From a virus (taxonomy: Duplodnaviria; Caudoviricetes): a stretch of 61,633 nt of DNA. Position numbers and translations under genes: made by a program. The notes beneath the pieces are model-generated. The model was not told the origin of the DNA. It made no database searches and saw nothing but the letters and a program-made list of their open reading frames with translations. Positions 49,659 through 57,798 of this stretch are shown piece after piece (within the stretch, counting starts at the first letter, position 1; every line of letters begins with the position of its first letter). The stretch covers positions 1-61,633 of IMG/VR virus record IMGVR_UViG_3300037508_000909, one strand, 5' to 3'.

Positions 49659-50378
49659 ATGGAAATTACACTTCAAGAGAAGGTTGCTACCTTCAAACAA
49701 AAAGTCGAACAAACCTTCGATAACATTCAGAAGTTCAACGCTTTAATAGAGCACAAAGAACTTTACTGGTGGTGGGACGTATCTCAACGGACGTTCTGCC
49801 TCGCGAGGAAAAATGGAGTCACAACCATCCGGAAAATCAAACGCGAGTGGTTCCTCGTTGAGGACTTCGCATTCTGGTTCTCCAAATCGAAGCCCCCGAA
49901 AGAGCGGAGGGCAGCAATCCCGCTGCTCAAGTCCGATGGGGGCCGAGCAGCCGATGGATTCCGCGACGAGAAAAACGACTGCGTCGTCCGAGCGACGGCC
50001 TTTGCGAGCGGAGCAAGCTACGCCGAAGCTCACGCATTCTGGAGCGGTCTTGGTCGCAAAGCCGGAAAGGGAGTTAGCATTTTCTTCAACATCAAGGCAC
50101 TGAATAAGTGGTTGAGCCTTCGAGGCTTGCAACTCAACAGAGTTGTCAAACAAAAGAAGGTTAAGTCCGAGCGACTATCGATAAGGTATTCAATCGCTGA
50201 GAATTGCACTGTGAGGGCATTCCTCAAAAACTACGCGACGGGCACCTATTTTTGCCAAACGCGAGACCATGCATTTACCGTCAAAGACGGAGTCATTTAC
50301 GACAACTATGTTTGGTCGGATTTGCGTAGAATCGTATACGCATGGCGCGTAGACGCTTTGGACGCCACGACAAAGTAA
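49659..50378 (+). CDS. Protein with C-terminal DCVVRA...H...D domain (possible papain-like thiol enzyme)
   Basis: NDCVVRA...DHAFTVKDGVIYD. Confidence 0.6.
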   Translation: MEITLQEKVATFKQKVEQTFDNIQKFNALIEHKELYWWWDVSQRTFCLARKNGVTTIRKIKREWFLVEDFAFWFSKSKPPKERRAAIPLLKSDGGRAADGFRDEKNDCVVRATAFASGASYAEAHAFWSGLGRKAGKGVSIFFNIKALNKWLSLRGLQLNRVVKQKKVKSERLSIRYSIAENCTVRAFLKNYATGTYFCQTRDHAFTVKDGVIYDNYVWSDLRRIVYAWRVDALDATTK

Positions 50379-50397
50379 CCCCCACACACACCCAACA

Positions 50398-50754
50398 ATG
50401 AACACACTCAAAAACACACTCGCTCTTCGCAGTGCAATCAAACGCCGGAACGCGCTAAACGCCTCGCTGAGGCACCTCATCGACTCCGGCAGTGTGGAGG
50501 CAGCGCACTACTACCTAGAGGGGGCTTACTGGAGGTTTTTGGATTCCTTGGACTACTACTTTGTCAGCAATGATTTAAAGAGCGGAGACTGGGGGGTTTA
50601 CGGTCATCCGGCTTACGTCAAACTCTACGCACGGCTCAAAAACTGGTGGGCCGGATGGGACGCGGAAATACGGAAGGCTGGCCTTTCCAACGATTTTTCG
50701 CTATTGAGCGAGCGGTATTACATCTTCGGGCAACAGGCAAAGAGTTGCGCGTAA
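50398..50754 (+). CDS. Hypothetical protein
   Basis: 118 aa with A/C-rich leader. Confidence 0.6.
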   Translation: MNTLKNTLALRSAIKRRNALNASLRHLIDSGSVEAAHYYLEGAYWRFLDSLDYYFVSNDLKSGDWGVYGHPAYVKLYARLKNWWAGWDAEIRKAGLSNDFSLLSERYYIFGQQAKSCA

Positions 50755-50759
50755 ACCCC

Positions 50760-50833
50760 TTGGGGCCAGCATGGTGTGCAGGGAGACCCTGCAACGGTGG
50801 TTACATTTTCCACCAGTGAAACACTGGCTCCAA
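50760..50833 (+). ncRNA. Candidate small structured RNA (three-way junction)
   Basis: TTGGGGCCAG/CTGGCTCCAA closing stem, with TGCAGGG/CCCTGCA and GGTGG/CCACC inner hairpins. Confidence 0.5.
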
Positions 50834-50858
50834 CCTCACAAACAACTGAAACAAAATG

Positions 50859-50990
50859 ACTTGTTGGCTATGACACAAGTTCCTGAGAAAAATACTTTTC
50901 TTTTGAGTGGGACTAGCCGATACCTCTTTTAAGCGGACGCTGTTGTCCGCGAGAAACTGCCCCCTTCGGGGGGCGCAACCAAACCAAAAA
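50859..50990 (+). promoter_or_regulatory. Cassette leader repeat R3 with embedded type-B hairpin (copy 3)
   Basis: ACTTGTTG-N6-ACACAAGT; GCCGATAC; GCGGAC/GTCCGC; GCCCCCTTCGGGGGGCGCAACC. Confidence 0.8.
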
Positions 50991-51554
50991 ATGAGCAAAA
51001 AATTGTACGGCTACAGCATAGCGAACGCGGGCGAGGAACCCGCATGGTTTACCACAAAGAAAGCGGCATTGGAGTTTGCGCTCCAGTGCGGCTGGGACAA
51101 CGTCCAATTGGAAACCGCTGACGCGGATGATGTTGACCCCAGCGACATTTTGGACAGGCCGAGTCCGACCAAGGCCGAGGAACTCGATGCACTCCAAGAG
51201 TTTATCGACTCTTACCACGATGACAGCTACCTAAAGGGCTGGCTGAGTCAGGTTTACGCCGAGGTGGAGCGCAACATCCGCTCGGACATTTACCCGACGG
51301 TTTCGCTCGCCGAGACCGACGCGGAGTGCCGGAGGCGATTGGCCGACTGCGACGCTGTCATCGAGCAGCGTAAAGTCAACGCGCAGAGGATTATCGACGC
51401 TGACCGTGTAGTCGCGCAACGGCAACACGCTGCGATAATCGCTGAGGCTGAAAGAGTTGCAGCGAAGCTGCGCGACGAGGCTGCGCGGAAACGCGCTGAA
51501 GTCCGCAACACGCTCCACGGTCTCCGGAGCCTGTTGGATTCGTTGGAGGAGTAG
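50991..51554 (+). CDS. Hypothetical coiled-coil protein
   Basis: ATG after R3. Confidence 0.65.
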   Translation: MSKKLYGYSIANAGEEPAWFTTKKAALEFALQCGWDNVQLETADADDVDPSDILDRPSPTKAEELDALQEFIDSYHDDSYLKGWLSQVYAEVERNIRSDIYPTVSLAETDAECRRRLADCDAVIEQRKVNAQRIIDADRVVAQRQHAAIIAEAERVAAKLRDEAARKRAEVRNTLHGLRSLLDSLEE

Positions 51555-51613
51555 GGGCACACCCATTGCGCCTCATGCAAATCGCGTGAGGCGCAAATAA
51601 CTGAAAAACAAAG

Positions 51614-51731
51614 CATTGCGTCGTATGACACAACTTCCTGAGAAAAAAACTTTTCTTTTGAGCGGAGTTGACCGATATTCCTTTTAAGCGGGAGCTATCC
51701 CGTGAGAAGCAAAACCAAACCACTAAAAAAA
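51614..51731 (+). promoter_or_regulatory. Cassette leader repeat R4
   Basis: TTGCGT-N6-ACACAA; ACCGATATTC; GCGGGA/TCCCGT. Confidence 0.8.
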
Positions 51732-52127
51732 ATGAACAAAGTAAAAATCACGGCAGCGAATATTGAAGTCTTGGAAGGTGAGTTGTATCGCGTTCTGGGT
51801 GAAGACGAAGAGCTTTTCGTCTTCGACGTTGAAATCGGCGCAGTCATCAACGGTCGTCGGTTTGTCCTGCGCGATTATGTGCAGAAGGGGGCGCGGTTCG
51901 CGGAGTACGACGCGGATGCGGATTGCGGCGGGTTTTATTACGTCAATCACGACGCAAAGGCTGCTGCCATCCGGTTCGCCGAGCGCATCGTCCGGCGGGG
52001 GGTAATCGACCTCGACCGTTGGGACGAGGTTGAGGAGTCGGCTCCTCTTGAGGCACGACTGGCAGCGTATGCAGCCGAGGAGGCCAACGAGCGGGCGGGA
52101 TTCGGAGGTTGGGGACTGGGCTGGTAA
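51732..52127 (+). CDS. Hypothetical acidic protein
   Basis: ATG after R4. Confidence 0.65.
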   Translation: MNKVKITAANIEVLEGELYRVLGEDEELFVFDVEIGAVINGRRFVLRDYVQKGARFAEYDADADCGGFYYVNHDAKAAAIRFAERIVRRGVIDLDRWDEVEESAPLEARLAAYAAEEANERAGFGGWGLGW

Positions 52128-52144
52128 CATCATCAAAAATCATC

Positions 52145-52183
52145 AACAGCCCCCCTCGCGGGGGGCGCAACCTACCAAAAAAA
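52145..52183 (+). repeat. Type-B leader hairpin repeat, copy 4
   Basis: GCCCCCC-TCGC-GGGGGGC-GCAACCTACCAAAAAAA. Confidence 0.75.
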
Positions 52184-52804
52184 ATGAGCAAAACAGCATA
52201 CGAAAAAGCAGCAACGGGCGAGTGGGTGGATTCTGCCGACCTCGCGAAATTAGTCCGGAACGCACTCAAGAAAGCCTTCAGGGGCATCAAATTCTCCGTC
52301 CGCTCCAAAGGCTGCGGAATCAGCGTCCGGTGGCAGGACGGCCCTCCTGCGGAGGAGGTGCGGTGGATTGCCGACGACTATCGCACGGCGGGGTTTGATG
52401 GCAGCATCGACCTTGCGTACAGCTACAGTTTATGGCTCTACGCGGACGGGAGCGCGTCGGTCGCGCACTCCGAGGGTACTGTCGGCTCAAACGGGTACGC
52501 TCCGGAAATCATCGGCTCCTCGCTCCGCGCTGACGGGGTTCTCTGCACGCAGGTCTCGCGAGTTTACATATCATGCTATCGCGACCTCAGCCGTGCTGCT
52601 TACGAGCGCGGATACGAGCGAGCCGTGAACCGTTACGACCTCCCGCCGCACTCAATCGAATACCGCGAGAGCGGATTCGTCTGCCAGCCGGACGTTTGGG
52701 TCGAGTCGCACCGCACTTGGCTTTCGTGCATCTTCCTGCGCGAGTCCGAGAAAGCCGCTGATGAGCAGTGGTTTGCAGCCAACAGGAGGCTGGTTGAGGC
52801 TTAA
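52184..52804 (+). CDS. LPD29-like (large polyvalent protein-associated domain) standalone protein
   Basis: AKLVRNALKKAFRGIKFSVRS...ISVRWQDGP...FDGSID. Confidence 0.7.
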   Translation: MSKTAYEKAATGEWVDSADLAKLVRNALKKAFRGIKFSVRSKGCGISVRWQDGPPAEEVRWIADDYRTAGFDGSIDLAYSYSLWLYADGSASVAHSEGTVGSNGYAPEIIGSSLRADGVLCTQVSRVYISCYRDLSRAAYERGYERAVNRYDLPPHSIEYRESGFVCQPDVWVESHRTWLSCIFLRESEKAADEQWFAANRRLVEA

Positions 52805-52899
52805 AAGCAAAACCCCCCCGCCCGACCTCATTCGGGCGAGGGGGCAGTTAGTCCCCAAACAATGAAAGCCGGACTCTAACGGTTTATGACACAGGCGCA

Positions 52900-53154
52900 A
52901 TGGAAAAAACTTTTAAAAACGGGGCAAAGGTGATTGAAGTCCTCAAAAATGGCTACGCTCTGGGCACAATCAGCGTAAGTGAGGGAAAGACAAAGGTTTA
53001 CCACGCGCACATTTACGGCACGGGAAACACGCACACTCGATTTGAGTCCGAGGACGATGCAAAAAACTTTCTCCTGCAATCCATTGAGCAGAAGCGAGTT
53101 GCGAGATATGACACAACTTCGCGTGAAAAAAACTTTTCTTCTTGGGGCGGGTAG
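52900..53154 (+). CDS. Hypothetical protein whose 3' end runs into R5
   Basis: 84-aa ORF preceded by a truncated TATGACACA core at 52885. Confidence 0.5.
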   Translation: MEKTFKNGAKVIEVLKNGYALGTISVSEGKTKVYHAHIYGTGNTHTRFESEDDAKNFLLQSIEQKRVARYDTTSREKNFSSWGG

Positions 53155-53209
53155 CCGATATTCCTAGCAAGCGGGCAGTGCCCCGCGAAAACACTAACCT
53201 ACCAAAAAA
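53097..53209 (+). promoter_or_regulatory. Cassette leader repeat R5
   Basis: AGTTGCGA-N6-ACACAACT; GCCGATATTC; GCGGG/CCCGC. Confidence 0.8.
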
Positions 53210-54226
53210 ATGAACAATCCCATCCAAGCAGCATTCAAGCAGGTCAATGTCCGCGACCTGCAATTCGTCTCACTGGTCACGACCATTGAGACCGGAATCC
53301 TCGGCGAGACCGAGCAGGTCAGCCACATCATTGATGACGAGGCATATGAGCGGTTTGAGGCCCACGGTTTTTACAACCCGTGGGGCACTGGCTTCGTTAA
53401 CGACCGCACGCATTGCGACTGTTGCGGGCACCGAGTCACCTACGTTTGCGTCGTCGGTGCGCCCAACAACCGCTTCTTTGGCGTGGGTCGCGATTGTTTT
53501 ACCGCGCTCGGTTATGACGCGCAGTCAGTCGAATCCGCGTCCATCGAAGTTGTCCGCCGGAGCAAGCGGCAACGGGAAAACGCTGCTCGCGAACGGAAAA
53601 TCGCTGAGATTGCCCAGCAAAACGCTGGGTTCGCTGAGGCATACGCTGCCGCTCGCAAAACGACGGGCATCGCGGGAGACATCGCCGACAAAATCGCTCG
53701 GTACGGCAACCCCTCCGAGAAACAGGTCGCGTTCCTCATACGCTGGCACGCAGAGAGGCTTACCGCTCTGGAGCGCGTAAAATCCTCGCCGCTGGCCGCT
53801 GGCAAGGCATCAGTGCAGGGCACAGTTGCCTCCGCTAAATTCCGCCGCGTTAAGGCGTTCTACGGGGGCGGAGACGAGGCAAAACTCGCGCTGGTTGTCG
53901 CTCTGGAAAGCGGCCACAAAGTGTATGTAAAAGTCGCGCTCGGATGCCCGTTTGATGTTACTGAGGGGATTTTCCCTGCCGACTTGCCCGTCCCCTCGTT
54001 GGTCGGTGCGCCCGTGAGCTTTACGGCTACGCTTGAGCCGTCCACGGACGACCCGACATTCCTATTCGCAAAACGCGCTGCGAAGTTGGAGGTCAACGGT
54101 TTAGCGGTCACAAAACCGAAATTCTCGGACAGGGGGGTTGTCGGGCAGTGGGCCGATGAGGCAAATCGAGTCCACGACGAAGAGGTCGCCCGTCGATTGG
54201 AGGCGCAGGAAGTATCTGTCGGGTAG
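53210..54226 (+). CDS. Zn-finger protein, possibly with an OB-like C-terminal part
   Basis: CDCCGH...VGRDC; SEKQ motif. Confidence 0.7.
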   Translation: MNNPIQAAFKQVNVRDLQFVSLVTTIETGILGETEQVSHIIDDEAYERFEAHGFYNPWGTGFVNDRTHCDCCGHRVTYVCVVGAPNNRFFGVGRDCFTALGYDAQSVESASIEVVRRSKRQRENAARERKIAEIAQQNAGFAEAYAAARKTTGIAGDIADKIARYGNPSEKQVAFLIRWHAERLTALERVKSSPLAAGKASVQGTVASAKFRRVKAFYGGGDEAKLALVVALESGHKVYVKVALGCPFDVTEGIFPADLPVPSLVGAPVSFTATLEPSTDDPTFLFAKRAAKLEVNGLAVTKPKFSDRGVVGQWADEANRVHDEEVARRLEAQEVSVG

Positions 54227-54261
54227 CGTGTTGCGGGGCGGGGGACAACTCCCTCGCCCCG

Positions 54262-54366
54262 TATGACACAACTTCCTGAGAAAAAAACTTTAAAACTCAG
54301 GAGAGTTGACCGATATTCATATCAAGCGGACGCAGTTGTCCGCGAAACCAAAACCTACCTAAAAAA
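54262..54366 (+). promoter_or_regulatory. Cassette leader repeat R6
   Basis: TATGACACAACTTCCTGAG...ACCGATATTC...GCGGAC/GTCCGC; preceded by a GC hairpin at 54233-54262. Confidence 0.8.
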
Positions 54367-55170
54367 ATGAGCACCAATAGCACCAATAATAATCGGGCAA
54401 CGCACTACGGCACCTGCCAACTTTGTGGGTCGTTGCAAAAAGCGAACAGAAAAACGAATCGTTTGGCCGACCACGGCTACACGTTGGCCTATGGCTTCCA
54501 AGCGGGAACTTGCAGAGGCTCAAGCAGACTCCCCTTCGAGGTTTGCAAAGCCTTCGCGGAGGAAGTTTTGGCCCTATGCAAAAAGCAGGTTGCCGAGTTT
54601 GTGGAAACCCCTCGGCCTGAGAGCACGGCTAAAAACCGCTGGGACAAATGCCCCAAAATCACTGCATGGCAACTGGCTCGGAGTCAGCAAGCTGGGCGTA
54701 AAAACTACATTTTTTGGGCGGAGCCTCGGCTTGCAAACTGGGCACCCAGCGCACAGAAAACAGTTAGGGAGGTTGAGGCAGTCGAGGCATCGGCTAAGGC
54801 AACCCGCACTGGTATCCGTGCTCTCTCTGGGGCAGTGAAACTCGCGAAACGCGACCTATCCAAGTTTGGGGAGCATTTCCAGAAGGTCTTGGAAAAGACT
54901 ATCAATGGGCATTTGTACGATGAACAACAAGCCTTTTGGCGCGTAGCGATTGCCGCAAAAAATTACGACTTGGACGGAAGGCTTCCGGTTTGGCCGAAAG
55001 AGTCGGAAATCGTTGACATCCCGTACTTTACATCGAACTCCGTTGCCAAGCTCGCGAGAATTGCTCGCAATAGCGGCAATGCCGAGTTGATTGCCGGAGC
55101 AGAAAGGCTCGAAAAACTCTCCGAGGTTTACGAGGGAGCGAGAAAAGCATACGCAGCCGCAAAGGCATAA
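54367..55170 (+). CDS. Zn-binding phage protein
   Basis: GTCQLCG...LADHGY...GTCRGS. Confidence 0.7.
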   Translation: MSTNSTNNNRATHYGTCQLCGSLQKANRKTNRLADHGYTLAYGFQAGTCRGSSRLPFEVCKAFAEEVLALCKKQVAEFVETPRPESTAKNRWDKCPKITAWQLARSQQAGRKNYIFWAEPRLANWAPSAQKTVREVEAVEASAKATRTGIRALSGAVKLAKRDLSKFGEHFQKVLEKTINGHLYDEQQAFWRVAIAAKNYDLDGRLPVWPKESEIVDIPYFTSNSVAKLARIARNSGNAELIAGAERLEKLSEVYEGARKAYAAAKA

Positions 55171-55208
55171 GCAGCAGAGGGCGAGGGGGATAGCAACCCC
55201 TCGCTCCG

Positions 55209-55312
55209 TATGACACAAGTTTCCCAACAAAAATACTTTTCTTTCGGCCAACTTTGGCCGATATTCATATCAAGCGGGCGCGGTCGCCCGCGAAACTCAA
55301 CTACTCAAAAAA
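55209..55312 (+). promoter_or_regulatory. Cassette leader repeat R7
   Basis: TATGACACAAGT...GCCGATATTC...GCGGGCG/CGCCCGC; preceded by a GC hairpin at 55181-55204. Confidence 0.8.
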
Positions 55313-56122
55313 ATGTACACACTCGAACAACTCAGCAACAGTCAGGTAGTCGGATTCTGGTCAAGGCCCGCCGCGAGCCTCGCGGAAGTTAACCCCGACG
55401 CATACAACGCCGCGCTCGCGGACGCTCCCCGCGTCGAAGGCATCGGCTTCTGCTCTCACTGCGGGCGGGACATCGCCCATAACGTCATCATCCGCGATTT
55501 TCGCGGAAAGCTGCAGGTCATCGGCGAGACCTGCGCCGAGAAGGTTGGTATCTCGCCCGCTGAGATTGAGGCAGCGAAGGAGGAGCGCAGGGAGGCTGCT
55601 GAGGCCGCTCGTTGGGCACGCCAACAGGCCGAGGCTGACAGCAGCGTGTTCACTTCGGGAAAATACGCGGGGCAAAAAATCGCAGACGTGCTCGCGTCCG
55701 ACGAGCGGTATTGCCTCTGGTTCGAGACCAACTTTGGCGGGCAGCGCAGCGCAAACGGCATCGCCGCTAAAACAATCGCAAACCTCCTCGCTCCGGCTCG
55801 CGCTGAGGCCGCTGCTGAGGCCGCTGCACGCGCCGAGCAGCACGCTGAGTTGCTCGCTGAGTTGCGCTCAGTGCGGGTTTTGGTGACTCAGGTTGAGCAA
55901 AATGGTCGCTGGTATCCGCTCGCAAACCCCTATCATCGTGACTCTAAAAGCTGCGCCGAACTGGCAAACGCCATCGAGCGCGGGTGCGCCCCCGCCGGAT
56001 GGGTTGTCGAGGCAGCAGCCAAAGACCTCGCCAAGGCCGCTGGGATTGGCCGTGCTCGCAAGGCCAAGGACGCATTCATCGCCGCGTTTTATGCGCGGCT
56101 CCCTAGCTTCATCAATGGATAA
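55313..56122 (+). CDS. Zn-finger plus DUF3820/ExoX C-terminal-like domain protein
   Basis: CSHCGR...GETC; FTSGKYAGQKIADV...YCLW. Confidence 0.7.
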   Translation: MYTLEQLSNSQVVGFWSRPAASLAEVNPDAYNAALADAPRVEGIGFCSHCGRDIAHNVIIRDFRGKLQVIGETCAEKVGISPAEIEAAKEERREAAEAARWARQQAEADSSVFTSGKYAGQKIADVLASDERYCLWFETNFGGQRSANGIAAKTIANLLAPARAEAAAEAAARAEQHAELLAELRSVRVLVTQVEQNGRWYPLANPYHRDSKSCAELANAIERGCAPAGWVVEAAAKDLAKAAGIGRARKAKDAFIAAFYARLPSFING

Positions 56123-56474
56123 AACGCCCATCATCAACAAAATATGGGCCAACAACCCGTCGCTGTCCGACCTCGCCCAAAAGGCGGGGTCTGGCTGCGG
56201 TGCAGCGTTGGCAGCACTGGCAAAAAGCGCAACCATCCGAGGGGGGAGCTACCTCTCGCCGGAGGAGTGGCGCGTAGTCTCCGAGTGGCAGGGCGAGCAG
56301 CCCATGCGAGCGGTCGCAATCGCAACCGTCCGCGCACTCCACAACCTCGTCATTGCAGGGGCAGGGACGAGGGAGCAACAGGACGCTGCTCTCGACCTTG
56401 CGGAGTCACTGCTCAACGATATGGCCCGAAAACAAACAGAACAGCCCCAAAACGGCGACGAAGAAACAAAGTAG
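56115..56474 (+). CDS. Hypothetical protein
   Basis: ATG overlaps the previous stop region. Confidence 0.55.
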   Translation: MDKTPIINKIWANNPSLSDLAQKAGSGCGAALAALAKSATIRGGSYLSPEEWRVVSEWQGEQPMRAVAIATVRALHNLVIAGAGTREQQDAALDLAESLLNDMARKQTEQPQNGDEETK

Positions 56475-56475
56475 T

Positions 56476-56937
56476 ATGAATACAGCGGACACATATAAAA
56501 AACAGGACGACGAGGGCAACGAACTTGTTGTCGAAAAAGGCAAAGTGAAGCTCCGGTTAGCAAGCGAGAATTTTGCTCGCAACCTTGGCACGATTGTTGG
56601 CTCAACGCTTCACGTCGAGCGGGACTCGTTTCGACACCTCCACCACAAGAGCAACTCGTATGGGTTCAACTACAACCTGCTCAAGTTGCCGTTGTTCCGG
56701 AATGTCGTTGTAAAGGTCAATGGCTCAGACTTTTACAAGGTTCCGAAAGAAACCATCATCGAAAAGGGGAAAATCATGTTCTTCAAGAAAACAAAAGCGG
56801 GCAGTTTCGAGGTGCAGATTTTCTTTAACCGCAACGACTTAGAGCGGTTCAAGTGCGACCAATCACAACTGGACGACGATGAGGCGAGTGAGGCATTCAT
56901 CGCGGAACTTATAAAGCATTCGGACAAAGCAGTATAA
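56476..56937 (+). CDS. Hypothetical basic protein
   Basis: ATG 1 nt after the previous stop. Confidence 0.6.
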   Translation: MNTADTYKKQDDEGNELVVEKGKVKLRLASENFARNLGTIVGSTLHVERDSFRHLHHKSNSYGFNYNLLKLPLFRNVVVKVNGSDFYKVPKETIIEKGKIMFFKKTKAGSFEVQIFFNRNDLERFKCDQSQLDDDEASEAFIAELIKHSDKAV

Positions 56938-56960
56938 CATTAACAATCAAATAAAAACCA

Positions 56961-57218
56961 ATGATTAAACATAACGAATTACCCCACGGGGATGTTGACC
57001 ACCCCGAACACTACAACCTCCACCCAAGTGGAATTGAATGTATCGATGTGGCTGAGGGGTTTAACTTTAACCTTGGGAACGTCATTAAATACGTTTGGCG
57101 GGCAGGTCTTAAAGGTGACACTGTTATCGACTTACGCAAAGCGAGGTGTTATTTGCAACGCGAAATCGACCGTCTTGAAATGGTTAAGGTTCAGGGAGAA
57201 AGGAAGGACTCGAAATGA
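56961..57218 (+). CDS. DUF3310 family protein (T7 gp1.7-like nucleotide kinase-related)
   Basis: VDHPEHY...IECID...FNLGNVIKYVWRAG.K...DLRKA..YL. Confidence 0.85.
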   Translation: MIKHNELPHGDVDHPEHYNLHPSGIECIDVAEGFNFNLGNVIKYVWRAGLKGDTVIDLRKARCYLQREIDRLEMVKVQGERKDSK

Positions 57219-57484
57219 GCGGACGATTTGCTTGCAAGGTATGCGGTCAATTCCATGAGCCGCATTGTATGTCGTCGCCTATCAATCCTCCGCTGGCGCA
57301 TGGATTTATCACATTGCCGATTGATTGGAAGAGGGAACGCATTTCGATGGCGCGTGCGGCGATGCAGGGGATTGTCCACGATTTTCCGGTGAAGCAAACA
57401 GGAGGGCCAGAGATAGTTGCAATGATTGCACTCCAAGTCGCCGACGCGCTGATTGCCGAGCTTAAGAAGGAGGTGCAGGCATGA
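57215..57484 (+). CDS. Hypothetical protein
   Basis: ARAAMQGI...IALQVADALIAELK; ATGA overlaps. Confidence 0.65.
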   Translation: MSGRFACKVCGQFHEPHCMSSPINPPLAHGFITLPIDWKRERISMARAAMQGIVHDFPVKQTGGPEIVAMIALQVADALIAELKKEVQA

Positions 57485-57798
57485 GCATTGAAGAAATCGA
57501 GCAACAGGTCGTCGCGTGGGCTGATGCGCGGGGCATACTTATGCATTCCGACTCCAAAGCGCAGACATTGAAGGCGGTTAGCGAAATGGGCGAGCTGGCC
57601 GATGCCATCATCAAGGGTGACTGCGATGATGCTGTAGACGCGATTGGCGATGTGATAGTTTGTCTCACAAACCTGTGCGCCATGAACGGCTGGAACCTGC
57701 ATTACTGCTATGCGAGGGCATGGAACACAATCAAACACCGAACAGGCAAGATGTCCGCGAGCGGGGCGTTCGTGAAAGATGAGGAGGTGCAGCCGTGA
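57481..57798 (+). CDS. MazG-like nucleotide pyrophosphohydrolase (copy 2)
   Basis: WADARGI...KAVSEMGELADA...DAIGDVIVCL...RTGKM. Confidence 0.85.
   Translation: MSIEEIEQQVVAWADARGILMHSDSKAQTLKAVSEMGELADAIIKGDCDDAVDAIGDVIVCLTNLCAMNGWNLHYCYARAWNTIKHRTGKMSASGAFVKDEEVQP

Noticed and set aside
50915-55266. GCCGATAT as a sigma-28 -10 element
   Set aside because: Only R6 has a TAAA-like -35, and R1/R2 lack GCCGATA yet keep the same spacing; not excluded, but a weaker explanation
46811-55312. Leader repeats as a CRISPR array or integron attC sites
   Set aside because: Intervals are 0.75-2.4 kb of coding sequence rather than spacers; there are no cas or intI genes and no attC RYYYAAC/GTTRRRY structure
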